Source: the human T2T-CHM13v2.0 reference genome, Homo sapiens
Assembly: GCF_009914755.1 (NCBI RefSeq)
Contig: NC_060935.1
Strand: one strand, 5' to 3'
Length of the DNA: 64,000 bases
This document shows positions 1 to 11,559 of this stretch, in pieces. The notes beneath the pieces are model-generated. The model was not told the DNA's origin. It was given only the letters and a program-made list of their open reading frames with translations, and did not search any database. Made by a program: the position numbers and the translations under genes. Position 1 is the stretch's first letter. Each line of letters begins with the position of its first letter.

Positions 1-839
1 CACTCTTGACTGGGAATATACAACACTGTTGTTCTTACTGATACATAAACTGAAAAACTGCTGCTAATGGTGGGAAATGTTAATTATGTGAGAACATATT
101 GAACTTATATTCTCTGGCATGAACTTTTTTAAAAAAATGCATCAACTGTGCTGCTTTTTTTTTTAATAGGCACAGCTTTCTAATTATCATAATTCAGTTC
201 AGCTCTGCTCTTGGATGGTGTTCAAGTGCAATCTCAATTTAACTTGAAAGGGGATTTTTTTTTTTAAACTTGGAATGTTTAAGAAAATTTGAAAAGTTCA
301 TCCAAGAATGTTGTCTGCTTAGGTGTGAGTAAATCTAGGGGAATGAAATGAGTGCCTTTCTGTAATAATTCAATAGATCCGAATATTAAGAAAGAGACTG
401 TTTTTTTGCTTTGCTCTGTATCCAAGCATTTTTGTATAACCTGATGCTACACACTGCTGAGTTCTCTTTGAAAACCAGTGTTTTTCTAATAGATAGTAAA
501 CTAAATAAATGAATATTTTATTACCATCTGCAAAAATGGGAGTCTTCTAAGAGAGCAGAAATACGCAATTGTTATGAATGTATTTGACAGAAATCATTGT
601 TAATCTTTTATACCAACCAAGCCTTTAGAAGGTAATTGCTTTATCTGTTCCTTCTTTACTCTGTGACTTGATGGCATTTTGTGAAGGGAGTCGTCTTTGA
701 CGGCTTTCATCCCAGTGTCTGTATCCCTTAATTTTTCTTTGACTTTAATAGCTTTTCAAAGAAAAAAACTAAATGAAGCCCAAGCGCCTAATCCTCCAGG
801 AATCAATTTTAATTGTAAGAAAGAACAACTTAGATGGGC

Positions 840-1440
840 CTTCCGACTTTCGTCCAGCCTGACTCCTTCTGCTGAGATGCGGAGAGCCCGCGGAAACCAA
901 ATGACTTCATTTGCTCTGGCACTTAAGAACCGAATTCACTTCCGTGGTGGTGAAATAAAAGGAGCCAAGTGTTTTAAATAGCCACTCCCCGAGGCCCGCC
1001 CGCCCGAGCCTGTTGAGAAAAGCGCATTGTCTGCTTGCAGCTCTAGCTGGGAGCCTGCCTGGCTCGCCCTCCCCCACTGGGCAGCTCCATTTCTGAAGTT
1101 GACATCTGGTTTTCTCTCTGTTCACCTGATCTATCCCCGTACACGTGCTCACATGCAGACTGCATGCATGCATTCTGCAGGTAACAGGGATTTGTGACAT
1201 TAAGTGTGTGTGTGTTTCAAATCCCTACTGGGATAGGGGGAGGAACAAAGCTAATGGCACAAAATAAAATGTAAACACAGTAGCTGCCCCACATGCCGCC
1301 GCTGCTGGGTTTCTGTCTGATGGTGCTTTCTGGGTAGGCGTGCCTATTGTTATGGCAGCAACAGGCGGCAGAACTTGGGGCACCATATGGCGGATGTGGG
1401 CCTCAGATAAGCTGTCTGGTAATTTAGCTTATCAATAGCA
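840..1440 (+). promoter_or_regulatory. Putative enhancer / alternative promoter
   Basis: Repeat-free and locally CpG-retaining; CRE-like ATGACTTCAT 901-910, ETS CACTTCCG 937-944, TATA/MEF2-like TTTAAATAG ~973-981, GC boxes GGCCCGCCCGCCC 993-1005, E-box CACGTG 1142-1147, opposed GATA sites AGATAAG ~1406 and CTTATC ~1428. Confidence 0.5.
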
Positions 1441-2453
1441 TTTTGATATGCTTCATTTTCAGATCACCCATTACTGTGGCTGGGGGTGTCTTGGGGGCTA
1501 ACTGATTCTGAAACCATTGTGAGCCGATGCTTCCTTTGGTGGAATCTCTTTCAATCCTTTCTCCCTGGCTGCCTTTTCATCTCAAAGCCTTTGAGAGACA
1601 ATGCTGGTTAGAGTTAGAGCTCCATTAGCTGAAGGAACCATCAGCCCCATCTTGAAATCCTGGGCACTTAGAAGACCTTGTCATGTATTGTCATTGAGAG
1701 AAAAACAGAAAACAGATACTTAATAGCATTTCATATTGTCTGAGCCGAGAAATTCTCTTAATTCAAAGTTGCTTTTGCTTTAAATATTGAAGGAGTAAGT
1801 TTGATACTGTTTTTAAATTTTGATGAAAGGTTTCTAGTTTTGTTATGCATTCAGAATACCTCCCTCATTTCCTTTCATCTTTAAATTTTACCTTAGCCGT
1901 AAAATGCAAAAATTATTACCATTTATATAATTTGAAATCAGGGAATGTGCCATTTGTAATTTGGAGGCAAGAAGCAGCTTCCTTCATGCTTAGAACTTGT
2001 GAAAGTGGAAAATGCTTCCAGAACACCACTCAAGTGTCCAGTGAAGCTGAAGCAAAACTAAAATCTCCCCTACTGATGGATTGGTAGGGGAACTCTTGCC
2101 TCAGCTGGAGCCAGCTTAGGGAATCTGCACTTAGTAGGTGGCTCAGTGGAAGTCTGATGGTGTGCATGACCATGTGCTCATCACCCATGTGACCCTCATT
2201 CACCAAATACTTGTGTCTCTGATATGTGGCAGGCATGGGGGAAGCTAGGGCGAGGCTGTCTGCCCCGCTCCTGTCTCCCGCTGCCTGCGTGTTCTCACTC
2301 ACCTTTCCAGGCCCTGCACCTTTTCTCACATTTTGCCTTTTGGGTTTGTCATTCAGGGCACATAGATCCATTTACATGGCTAACTCAGGATGGTTCTGAC
2401 TGAAACCCAGGTCAGCCTCTTTCTGTTCCTGCTCCAGGAAGCTCCTGCCACAT

Positions 2454-2609
2454 CAGTGGTTCCCACCTTAGCATGTGCACTGCAGCCTCCATGGAGCTTT
2501 TACAGCCTGGGCACCACCTGTGGAGGCTTAGGTGCGTTGTGGTAGGTGCAGTGTGTCTGTATTTCTGAAAGGCCCCATCATAACATCCGCTCCTGGCTGG
2601 GAACCATTG
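2454..2609. mobile_element. MER5-like hAT-Charlie MITE (degenerate)
   Basis: Terminal inverted repeats CAGTGGTTCCCA...TGGGAACCATTG, ~155 bp. Confidence 0.5.
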
Positions 2610-3361
2610 ATCTAGATATTCTAATTTTTGTCTGCAGATAGAATCAGGTTAAATTTGGCCACTTCAAATTCTGAATGTGATTTTCTTCCCTCAATATTTG
2701 TGAGGCAGTGTACCTAGGAACATAGGCTGAATCTTTATGGAATTCACTAAGATGTTCTTCATTGGTTTTAAAGATAAGCCTGCACAAAACTAAGGTCTCA
2801 CCTTTCGATCCAGGGGAAGCAATAAAATGAACCAGAACCACCTTCTCTGCTCGGCATTCATTTACCTCGTGGGAGTGTAGCAGTTGTTTCCAGATGTGAT
2901 TGTAGAGGTGTGTGTCACGGTTACTGGTGAGGGGCTTGAGAATGGAGTTCTGTCTGGCTGCTTATAGAGGTTTTGCTTTCTGAGTAGCAGGGATGCTCCT
3001 AGAGGTCGTTGGGTGGTATGCCTGGTGTTGGGAAATGAGGGGTAGGAAGGGTAATCCTGACGGCTTTCTGGAGATGAACTGTGGATAAACCACCCTGTTG
3101 TTCATTTTTTCCTTCCTTGTCTCTTCCCTTCACCTTGGGCACTTTGAAATCCAGATGCTCCTGGTTTTCACGGAGCTACTGCTTGCCACTGAGCGTTTAA
3201 ACATTTATGGGTGCTACTGTGTGCCAGGGATTTAGTAATTAGGAAAAGGTGGCTAATGAACAGCGATCAGTAAAACTCCCCTGCCCGGCAGAGTTTACAG
3301 ATTAGCAAGGAAAACAGGCATGTACAGAGGTCATGGCAATCCAGTGGGAAAGTTGTGTGTA

Positions 3362-3820
3362 TGGTATTTCGTGAGTTCCAAGGTAACACATTTTTAACAT
3401 GCTTGAACATTTTTGAAATTGGGATGTGTTTGACAATCATGGCTGGCCAGGTGGTGGTAATGACCCTTGATGTTGCATGCGCTCACCAAAGCCTGTGGAG
3501 TGAATGCAGCGGAGAGGAAAAAAATCCCAGAGTCAGTAGTGAGCATTCCTAAGAATACTCTTGTTGTTACAGAGGGTGGTAGTGTATGGACACTGATCAC
3601 TCTGAGAAGTTACTTTAGCTTATGTTACCCGATTTATTTAGCTTGTATTTTCCTTTTTATGTAGGCATAAGATTGATAGAGAGTAAAAAGTTTCAATATG
3701 TATAAAATAATATTTCTAAGTGATAAGCATTGTGACATCATTTGTTTCACAGTAGTACGTCTGAAATAAAATCCTGCTGCATCTTATCGGCAGTCATGTC
3801 TTAGGGTTAGTGAAATGTTG
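3362..3820 (+). mobile_element. Kanga1/MER104-like TcMar-Tc2 DNA transposon fossil, inserted into an L2 fragment
   Basis: 5' end GTATTTC...ACATTTTTGAAATTGGGATGTGTTTGACAATC and 3' end TGCATCTTA...GTCTTAGGGTTAGTGAAAT resemble MER104/Kanga termini; L2-like sequence on both sides (~3185-3360, ~4020-4110). Confidence 0.55.
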
Positions 3821-4354
3821 AAACAACACGTTTGCATCTCTAGTCCTAAGGATCTGGGAGGTTATACATTGTGGATGGGTGTTGCCTTGAGGGTTGCTTT
3901 GAGGGAGTGGGGTTTTTTACACGTTTATATTTTTTAGGAGCATGGATTTCCTTATGTAACATCAGAATAAAGGGGAAACACACTCACTGGGGTAAGCCCT
4001 CATGATACATCCGAAGAGCTGTGTTGCCCTGTGGTAGGAACTGAGGAGGGCTTTGCGGAGGAAGTGATGTTGGAGTTGGGCTTTGAAGGAACAGGGGGAT
4101 TTTTTCCAGATGCCATTTTGGGGGGTGAGTTGGGAGTAGGTTGTTAGAAAATAAACAAACCTTGTGAAATATTCTCCTGAGTAATGAACTTAACCCTCGC
4201 ATATCGATACGGTTTGTTGCCAGTAATGGGCTACTACAGATTTGAAACTTGGCTGTGAGGAATTAATTGAAAGGAGTAGGAGGGGGGAACTGATTGACAT
4301 GAACAGTGGGCTGTTTCCTGATTTTGGTTTGGAAAAAGGATAATGTGGGTTCAA

Positions 4355-4515
4355 AATCACAGATTTGGAATTGGACACACGTTGGCTCAGCTACTTGCTA
4401 GTGTGGCCTTGCACAAATTACTTGTTCTCTGCAAGCCTCGGTGTCCCCATCTATAAATTTCAGTTGTGCCCACTATATACCAGACACATGGTGTGGTGAA
4501 TGCTCAGTAAATAGC
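4355..4515 (+). mobile_element. MIR SINE
   Basis: Core CTACTTGCTAGTGTGGCCTTGCACAAATTACTT...CCTCGGTGTCCCCATCTATAAA and tail TGCTCAGTAAATAGC. Confidence 0.7.
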
Positions 4516-6589
4516 AACTTCAAATGTCATGTTGCATAATAGATCTTTAAGGATTTTCTGCCAAGTCACCCTGGACAGTGACCCTTGAGGAACACCCAAG
4601 GCTGAGGCATTTACTTAGAATCTGAGCCGGATTCCTGGTCTCAGGCAAACAGATAGAAATCTAGGAGAGGCTGAGGCAAGCCCATAAAGCCCTTGACCAT
4701 TAATTGCTTTGAACCACACGTCCCTTATTCATAAAGTGGAGGAAATCCATCAGTAAATACGTAATATTTGAGGTCATTCCTTACCCAGTATGAATTAAAT
4801 GGAAATGCTTCAAAAACTGGATAGCATGGTGCAACTTCATCTGTCTAAAAGAAAACCTTTTCCTTAGCTTCTTGCTTGAAAGCCACACTCCTAACATTGG
4901 GGTTGGGTTGTAAAAGTTCTTTTGTAAGTGGTTGAATGGAACTCATCTTTTCATAGCAAAACAATGCTTAGGGTCTTCGGCCTTCTTGTAAAACCATTGC
5001 ATAATCCCCCCTGGGGTGCAGAGGGCATTCAGCTTCAGGTGCGGAGAAGAAAGGTACTTTTGCTGCCCTCATTGCACCTCTTAATACCTGCTTTGGGCTA
5101 GCTGCTTAGCTTCTCTGTGCCCGCAGTTTCCCCATCTGGAAAATGGGGATGATGTTATCTACTTGGAAGAGTTGGAGTAAAGTTTAGATTAGGTAAGTGC
5201 TGGCTCGGTAGGCTAGAGCTGTAGGTGTGGCTGCTGTTAAAACCTAGGCCATTTGTTTCTCTCAGTACTGCAAGCTCCAGAGATAAATCTTTGCCCCTCT
5301 CCTAAGACTCGCTTCCTCTGGGCCTTAAATGTCACTCAAATAATAATTCACACTCATGTGAATGAATGGTTGCCCATCTCTTTAGCCAGTGTATTTGCAT
5401 GTTTAAGAGGATGGTTGTGAATTCCAGTGCCTAACTCCAGGTACTTCCTGGGTAGATGAGCTGAGTTCCTTCTGGAAGCTGGTGATAGAACCTTGTGTTT
5501 TCGAAGTCAGCTGGCTTAAGCTGGTCCTGCTCTGCTCACATTCCCAGCTACACTTCTGGGTGTGTCAATGTCCCTGTGTTTTTAGATCTGGGCCACTCCT
5601 GGTGACTGGTCTGAGCAGTTAAGATTGCTTTGTGTGAGCCTGGGCCAGGGACCACCTGCATTTTATTGACATCTTTTCCTTTTGTCTCTTAAGCAGTGTA
5701 TAGACATGTGTGCTAATTAATCTGGTTTCCCAGTTCTTTAAAAAAATTAAAATGAAGACTTATTGAGGGAGGAGAGTAGTCTGGTTGAGGAGAGAGACTT
5801 AGATTCAGGCAGGCTGACAGTGGATGAGGGGAGAAAATATATTTAAAAGCACTTATTCACAACCCTGGGAGTCTACTAAAATTACTGAATTACATACTTC
5901 AAAAGGGTGAACTTTATGGTATGTGAATCATATCTCATAAAGAAATAAAACCCTGGATCTAGTCACCACACAGAACAGCATCTTGTCATGCTCACCATGG
6001 TATCCCCAGCACTCTGGCTGTCATGTTTTTCGGTGATCGAGTGATTAAAAACTGATAATCAGACCTAATAAGAAGAGTTTCTACCAGTTGGTTTTAGAGA
6101 GGAGCCAGGAAAAAACATATAGTTCGTTTCAAAGATAAACAGTAGTAGTATTTAAAATGAAACTTTTTTACTTTAGAAATAATCAGTTTCAATAATGTGG
6201 AATGATGTGCTCCCTAATGATAAATGTTTACCATGGTAACCCATCCTTATGGATTGTACTTTTAAACAATCCAGTAACTAAGTCATAAAGGATAAAGTGG
6301 GAGATCATGAAGAGGAGACACCTGGAAGGCATGGGAGGCCACAAATCAGTCATTGAATCTGATTTGCAGATTGACTTAAGAATGGGAGAAAATGGACCTA
6401 GAATCAGGTTAATGTGTACCTCAAGTTTCAGGCTCTGCTCTACCTAGCTTTTTTCTTAATTTTAACCTGGTCTTCCTTGTTCCTGTGTCCATCCACCAGA
6501 TCCTGGCTGCCTTCCTCCTGGTTACTGTTTGTGGCAGTTTTGCCTATTTGTATTTTCGACAGGGCTGCCCTTTATGGTTCCCCATGGCT

Positions 6590-6700
6590 GAGTACCTGTT
6601 TGCCTGGTATAATCCTGGTTTATGTTGCTTGTCTTGGCATAATCCTTAAAGAACCCTCCTTTACTATCAAAATGTCCCAGTTTGGATGATAAATTATATG
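6590..6700 (-). mobile_element. MER94-like hAT-Blackjack MITE
   Basis: CAAAATGTCCCAGTTTGGATGATAAATTATATG is the reverse complement of the MER94 5' end. Confidence 0.65.
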
Positions 6701-9119
6701 CCTATGGTACTAATAGGAAATTGTCAGGGAAACTGGCAGACTAGACTTTTCTAGAATGGAGAGAAAATCCCAGGCAGGAGGGCTTTGTGGTGTCTTGGTA
6801 TTGAGCTCATGACAGTATTACTTTTGAAGGATTGTCCTAGGCCATTTCTGAGGCCACAGCTACAATAGAGGGGAATTTCAGGAAACAACTTTCCCTTCAA
6901 ACCTGTGCTATTTCAACCAAATTGTTTCAAACCTTGTTCTTTTCTGTGGATGCACTCATAAGTATTTTTTTAAAAATAATTCTCATCATTCATAGGAATG
7001 ATTCAGCATTGGTTCATTTCCTTTTAGACCAAAAAAGTTTAATTTAGAAAGAAGTTTTTTTTTTAGTGGTATTCTGAAAGGTTGGTTTGTACTGTATGAA
7101 ATTGGGGGATTTCAGATTATATTTTAGAACCTGTGGTCTTGGCACTCTTGACATTCTTAGGTTTCAAACTCACTTACCTTTGTTCTGAGGGAGACTGTGT
7201 AATGATGTCCTATGATGCACCTAAATAGATAAGCCAGAGAACATTGAGTGGAATTTTAGAAATTTTAAAAGAAATTTTAGTACTTTTAGAACTTTGCCTA
7301 AAACCAAAAGTAATTGGAATGACACTGCTCAGTTCCTGGTGGTTCTTTTGACACCACTGTTTAGTTATTTTGTGATGTGCCTTAGGCAGTGACTTCGGGC
7401 AGGAGTGGAGGTGTTCAGTCCAGTGTTTCAGCTCTGACCAAAACAATGGCGTCTAGACTTTGTTGTTGAGAACTCTGGTGGAGAACTGTTACCTTGTTGG
7501 GGTGGTTCACTGGGAGAAGGCATTTGAGGGTCCTCCAAGTGCTGGGTCTTGGTCTCTCCACTTCTAGCTCGTGTGGAAGGAAGTCCTGGTTGGGAATCCT
7601 CTGCTATGGCTCTTCCTGTGACCTTAGGTAAATCATTTGAAAATCTTTGGTTTATCTTTCTGGGAAGATGATGCTGTACTGCCTCTTGCCCCTCTAGCTG
7701 TTTTTTGTGCTGTGCTTTTGATTAAAGAGAGAAAATGTGTGAGCCCTTAGGCAGAAAGGTCCTGGAAAACTTATCTTATCATACCATCCATAACCCTCAA
7801 AGACAGGTTTTGTGGAGGAGGAGCAGTACTGCTGAGTTCACTTTTAGTTGTGCTCATTCCTGGGCTTCTTGGATAGGAAGGGAAGGCTGACAGGCCAGGT
7901 TCTGTCTCAAGCCCATATAAGAGTTGAGTTGCAATTGTAGTTGAAGAAGGTGAAGCTCAGAGAAGTTTAGTGACCTACCCAACATCACACAGCTGCACTT
8001 TAAAACCAGTTCTTTATCTGTGTGACTCCACAGCTGTCAGGCTAACAAAGGACTGCACATCAAGTCACCTATCCGGTTTTCTTGTGGCATTTGAAGGGAG
8101 TTAAGATAGATTGTGACATTGAAACAAAGGTAGGCTTCTCATTTAGTGTATTTGCCCAGAAAAATGAGGACACAATACTTGTGTTTTCTTGGTGGCCCAT
8201 TTTACTCCCTCTTACAAACATATGGCTAAGGTCTTGAAAAGTTGGGTGTGTCTCAGTTGAGCCTTTCAGAGATTACTTATCCTGCCCCATTCACCTCTCC
8301 CCTGTGGTTTCAGTCCTCCAGGACTGTGGGGACCAGTACCCCTCACCCCCGTGACTGGTTATACTCACCGTTGAGAGAGAGGGGGCAGGACTCCTCCGGG
8401 CCAGGCTAATCCAAACTATTCTCTAGGTGGGTGTAGTGGGTAGGGGGACTGCTGTAGTTTGGAAGTTTGGAACTGGACCTGCCAGTTTATCTGGTTTTGC
8501 TTTGGAATGTGCTGTGTTGGCAGGCAGGCAGAATAAGTTAGCCCCCTCCATCACCCTGTAGGCCTGGATATGGAAATGGCCTCATGCTGGGGATAGGGTT
8601 TAGGCAGATGACCTTGACTTCACTTTTTGAGAATGGGAGTGCTTGGGAACCTGCTGAGATGGGGTGAATTTCTCTCTTCCCACCCAGGTGACCAGCTTAG
8701 CCTGTGATAGGTGATGGGCAGTGATGGGGGCAGCTGGCAGAAGAGAGTTAACTGTGCTTGCCCAGAGCCCTTCATAATCAGGACTCTGAAAAAGACACTG
8801 GGTCTTTGAAATGGGGTTGTTTACAGGGTTGATACCCCTCTTTGACACCTTGGTTGGTTTTTGGTGGGAGGCAGTGGGGCTGGTTGATACAATCTTTTCC
8901 TCCTGTCTACCTGTTTCTGGTGTCTCTCAGCTAAAAGGTGTGTGATCACTGATTGCCAGTTTTTAGGACTCTGTGCTCATGACTTTCCCCGCTTCCCAAC
9001 TTGCTTGTACCTTCTTAGTCTTCATGCATTTCTTAAATTCTTCCTAGGTGGTTCTGTTGGCTGTTTTGGTGTTGTCCTAACTGTGCAGTTCTTACTAGTG
9101 CTTGGTGTATTCAGTAAGG

Positions 9120-9285
9120 TAGCCGGAAAGCATGGCTTGGAGGTCAGATCTTGGTTGCAGCCCCAGTTCTGCCTATTGGCTGTGTGATTTTGAGTAAGTG
9201 ATTAACTCTATCTCGGCTTCTTGTTTCCTCCTCTGCAAAATGGAGAAAATAATAGTACTTCTCCACATGTGAGTTTAAATGAAAT
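9120..9285 (+). mobile_element. MIR SINE
   Basis: GGCTTGGAGGTCAGATC...CTGTGTGATTTTGAGTAAGTGATTAACTC...GTTTCCTCCTCTGCAAAATGGAG. Confidence 0.75.
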
Positions 9286-9899
9286 ATAGCGAATGACCCA
9301 CTGTCAGCCTCTCTGTTGGTTCCCCCAACCCATTGAGAAGTCTCTTGCTTCCTCCACTCTCCAGTTTCTCAGTTCAGGGTCCTGAGGTTTTCCTCCCGAA
9401 TAACATAGGCTGGTCTGACTGGGGGTCATTTATTTGCCTTTTCGTCTTCCTCCTTTGGGTTTAGTTTTAAGCTTTGCCCCAGCTTCCCCTCTTGCTGGAT
9501 TTCCTGCTTTGTTGTTTTTCTGTTTTTTTTTTTGTTGTTGTTTATTTGTTTGTTTTGTTTTTAAATTTTTAGTTTGACAGGCTATTTCCCTTTTGTTTTC
9601 ATATTTTCTGTTGTCTCTCCCTCCTCCCTGGAAAACACATCCACCCTTCCTGCCTCCACTTTTCACCCTTTCTCCTCTGCTCTTATCACTTTAAGATCTC
9701 AGAGACTCTACCCTGCAGTTCACTACATTTCACCAAAAATGGTCATCAGAAAAGCACCACTTCTGCTCTCTTTAACACTGGATTGAATCTGTTGGCTTAT
9801 AGAGTTCCCAGCACTCTTGATAGTTGTTACTATTTTGGAATAACATAACTCATTCTCATCCGCATTATGCTTATGAACTTGTGGAATGACACAGGTTTC

Positions 9900-10065
9900 C
9901 TTCACTTATCTGTTTGACCTTGGGCAACCTCTTTATCCTTCTGAAGCACAGTTTCCTAACCCCTGAAATGGACATAGAAGTGCCTTCCTTATGGGTTATA
10001 GTGCAGGTTCAGTGAGGGTGAGCACAGTGCTGACTCGCGGAGAAGTGTCTCATAAATGTTAGCTG
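9900..10065 (+). mobile_element. MIR SINE
   Basis: GACCTTGGGCAA...CAGTTTCCT...TGAAATGG...AGCACAGTGCTG...ATAAATGTTAGCTG. Confidence 0.7.
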
Positions 10066-10467
10066 CTGCTGCTAATTATGATTGTGACTACCATCATCCA
10101 GCAGCTGTGAAGTAGAGTGCCAAGTACCTCTTCTGTAGCATCTGTCTCTCTTTTTGAAGGAGGGGGTCAGGAGCAGAATCTTATTTTTATTTTAGATTTT
10201 CAGTGTCTTTGCTTTGGGAAAGTTTAGTACAGTAGAGGGCAATTGAACCCCTGTGCACCCATTATCACCCAGCAGCAATCATCACCTCATGGCTATTCTT
10301 GTAAACTCCTGGCTCCTCTCCCACCAGATTATTTGGAAGCAATCCTAGTTGTCATACCGTTTCATCTGTAAATTAGTACATATTTTAAAAATATGACTCT
10401 TTTTAAAAAAAAACAACCAACTATTGATACCGTGATCACACCAGCACTGTAATAACTCCTTAATGTT

Positions 10468-10770
10468 GGCCGGGCACGGTGGCTCACTCCTGTAATCCCA
10501 GCACTTTGGGAGGCCGAGGTGGGCGGATCATGAGGTCAGGAGATCGAGACCATCCTGGCTAACATAGTGAAACCCCGTCTCTACTAAAAAATACAAAAAA
10601 TTAGCCAGGCGTGGTGGCGGCCGCCTGTAGTGCCAGCTACTCCCGAAGCTGAAGGCAGGAGAATGGCGTGAACCCAGGAGGCGGAGCTTGTAGTGAGCTG
10701 AGATTGCGCCACTGCACTCCAACCTGGGCGACAGAGTGAGACTCCGTCTCAAAAAAAAAAAAAAAAAAAT
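10468..10770 (+). mobile_element. AluY, full length
   Basis: Diagnostic GAGATCGAGACCATCCTGGCTAAC and GAGAATGGCGTGAACCC; A-tail; degenerate 17-bp TSD AATAACTCCTTAATGTT (10451-10467) / AATAAGCCCTTAATGTC (10774-10790). Confidence 0.95.
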
Positions 10771-11273
10771 AATAATAAGCCCTTAATGTCAAATATCTAG
10801 TCACTGTTTGGATTTCCTTGATTGTCTCATAAATGTTTTTTCATAGTTGGCTGGTCTAGATGAGGGTCCCAAACCAGATCAACAGGTTATATTTGGTTGC
10901 TGTGTTTCTTAAAACTCTTTAAATCACATCCCCACCTTTCTTGTAATTGATTTGTTACAGAAGCCCCTGTGTTTCTCTTCTAGACTGCCTCGTTCTGGAT
11001 TTTGCAGTTGTATCTCCATGGTGCTGTGTATTTTATTCTCTTATCCTCTGTATTTCCTATAAATGGGAAATTTAGATGTTGACATTTGATCTAATTCAGG
11101 GTTTTTAAAAACTTTTTTGATGCAAATATTTCATAGCTAGTATTCTACCAGGAGGCACACAATGTACAGTGTCACTTTTTCTGTGATGTTAGTGCCATTG
11201 ATTGATGATCTCTGCCTGTATCTATTATTTCATGTAGTTTTTGCAAACTGGTGGTTCTCTGATACTCTAGTTC

Positions 11274-11559
11274 TGTTTTTGGAGACAGGTCTCACTCACT
11301 GTGTCACCCAAGCTAGAGTGCAGTGATGCGATCCCGGCTTGCCGTAGCCTTGACTTCCCGGGCTCAGGTGATCCTCTGACCTCAGCCTCCTAAATAGCTG
11401 GGACTGTCAGTGCGCCACCATGCCTGGCTAGTTTTTTAGTTTTTTGTAGAGACAGGGTTTCATCACTCAGGCTGGTCTGAAACTCCTGGGCTCAAGCGAT
11501 CTGCTCACCTCGGCTTCCCAAATTGCTGAGATTACAGGCGTGAGCCATCTCACCCAACC
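11274..11559 (-). mobile_element. AluJ, antisense
   Basis: GAGACAGGTCTCACT...CTCCTGGGCTCAAGCGATC...ATTACAGGCGTGAGCCA. Confidence 0.9.
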
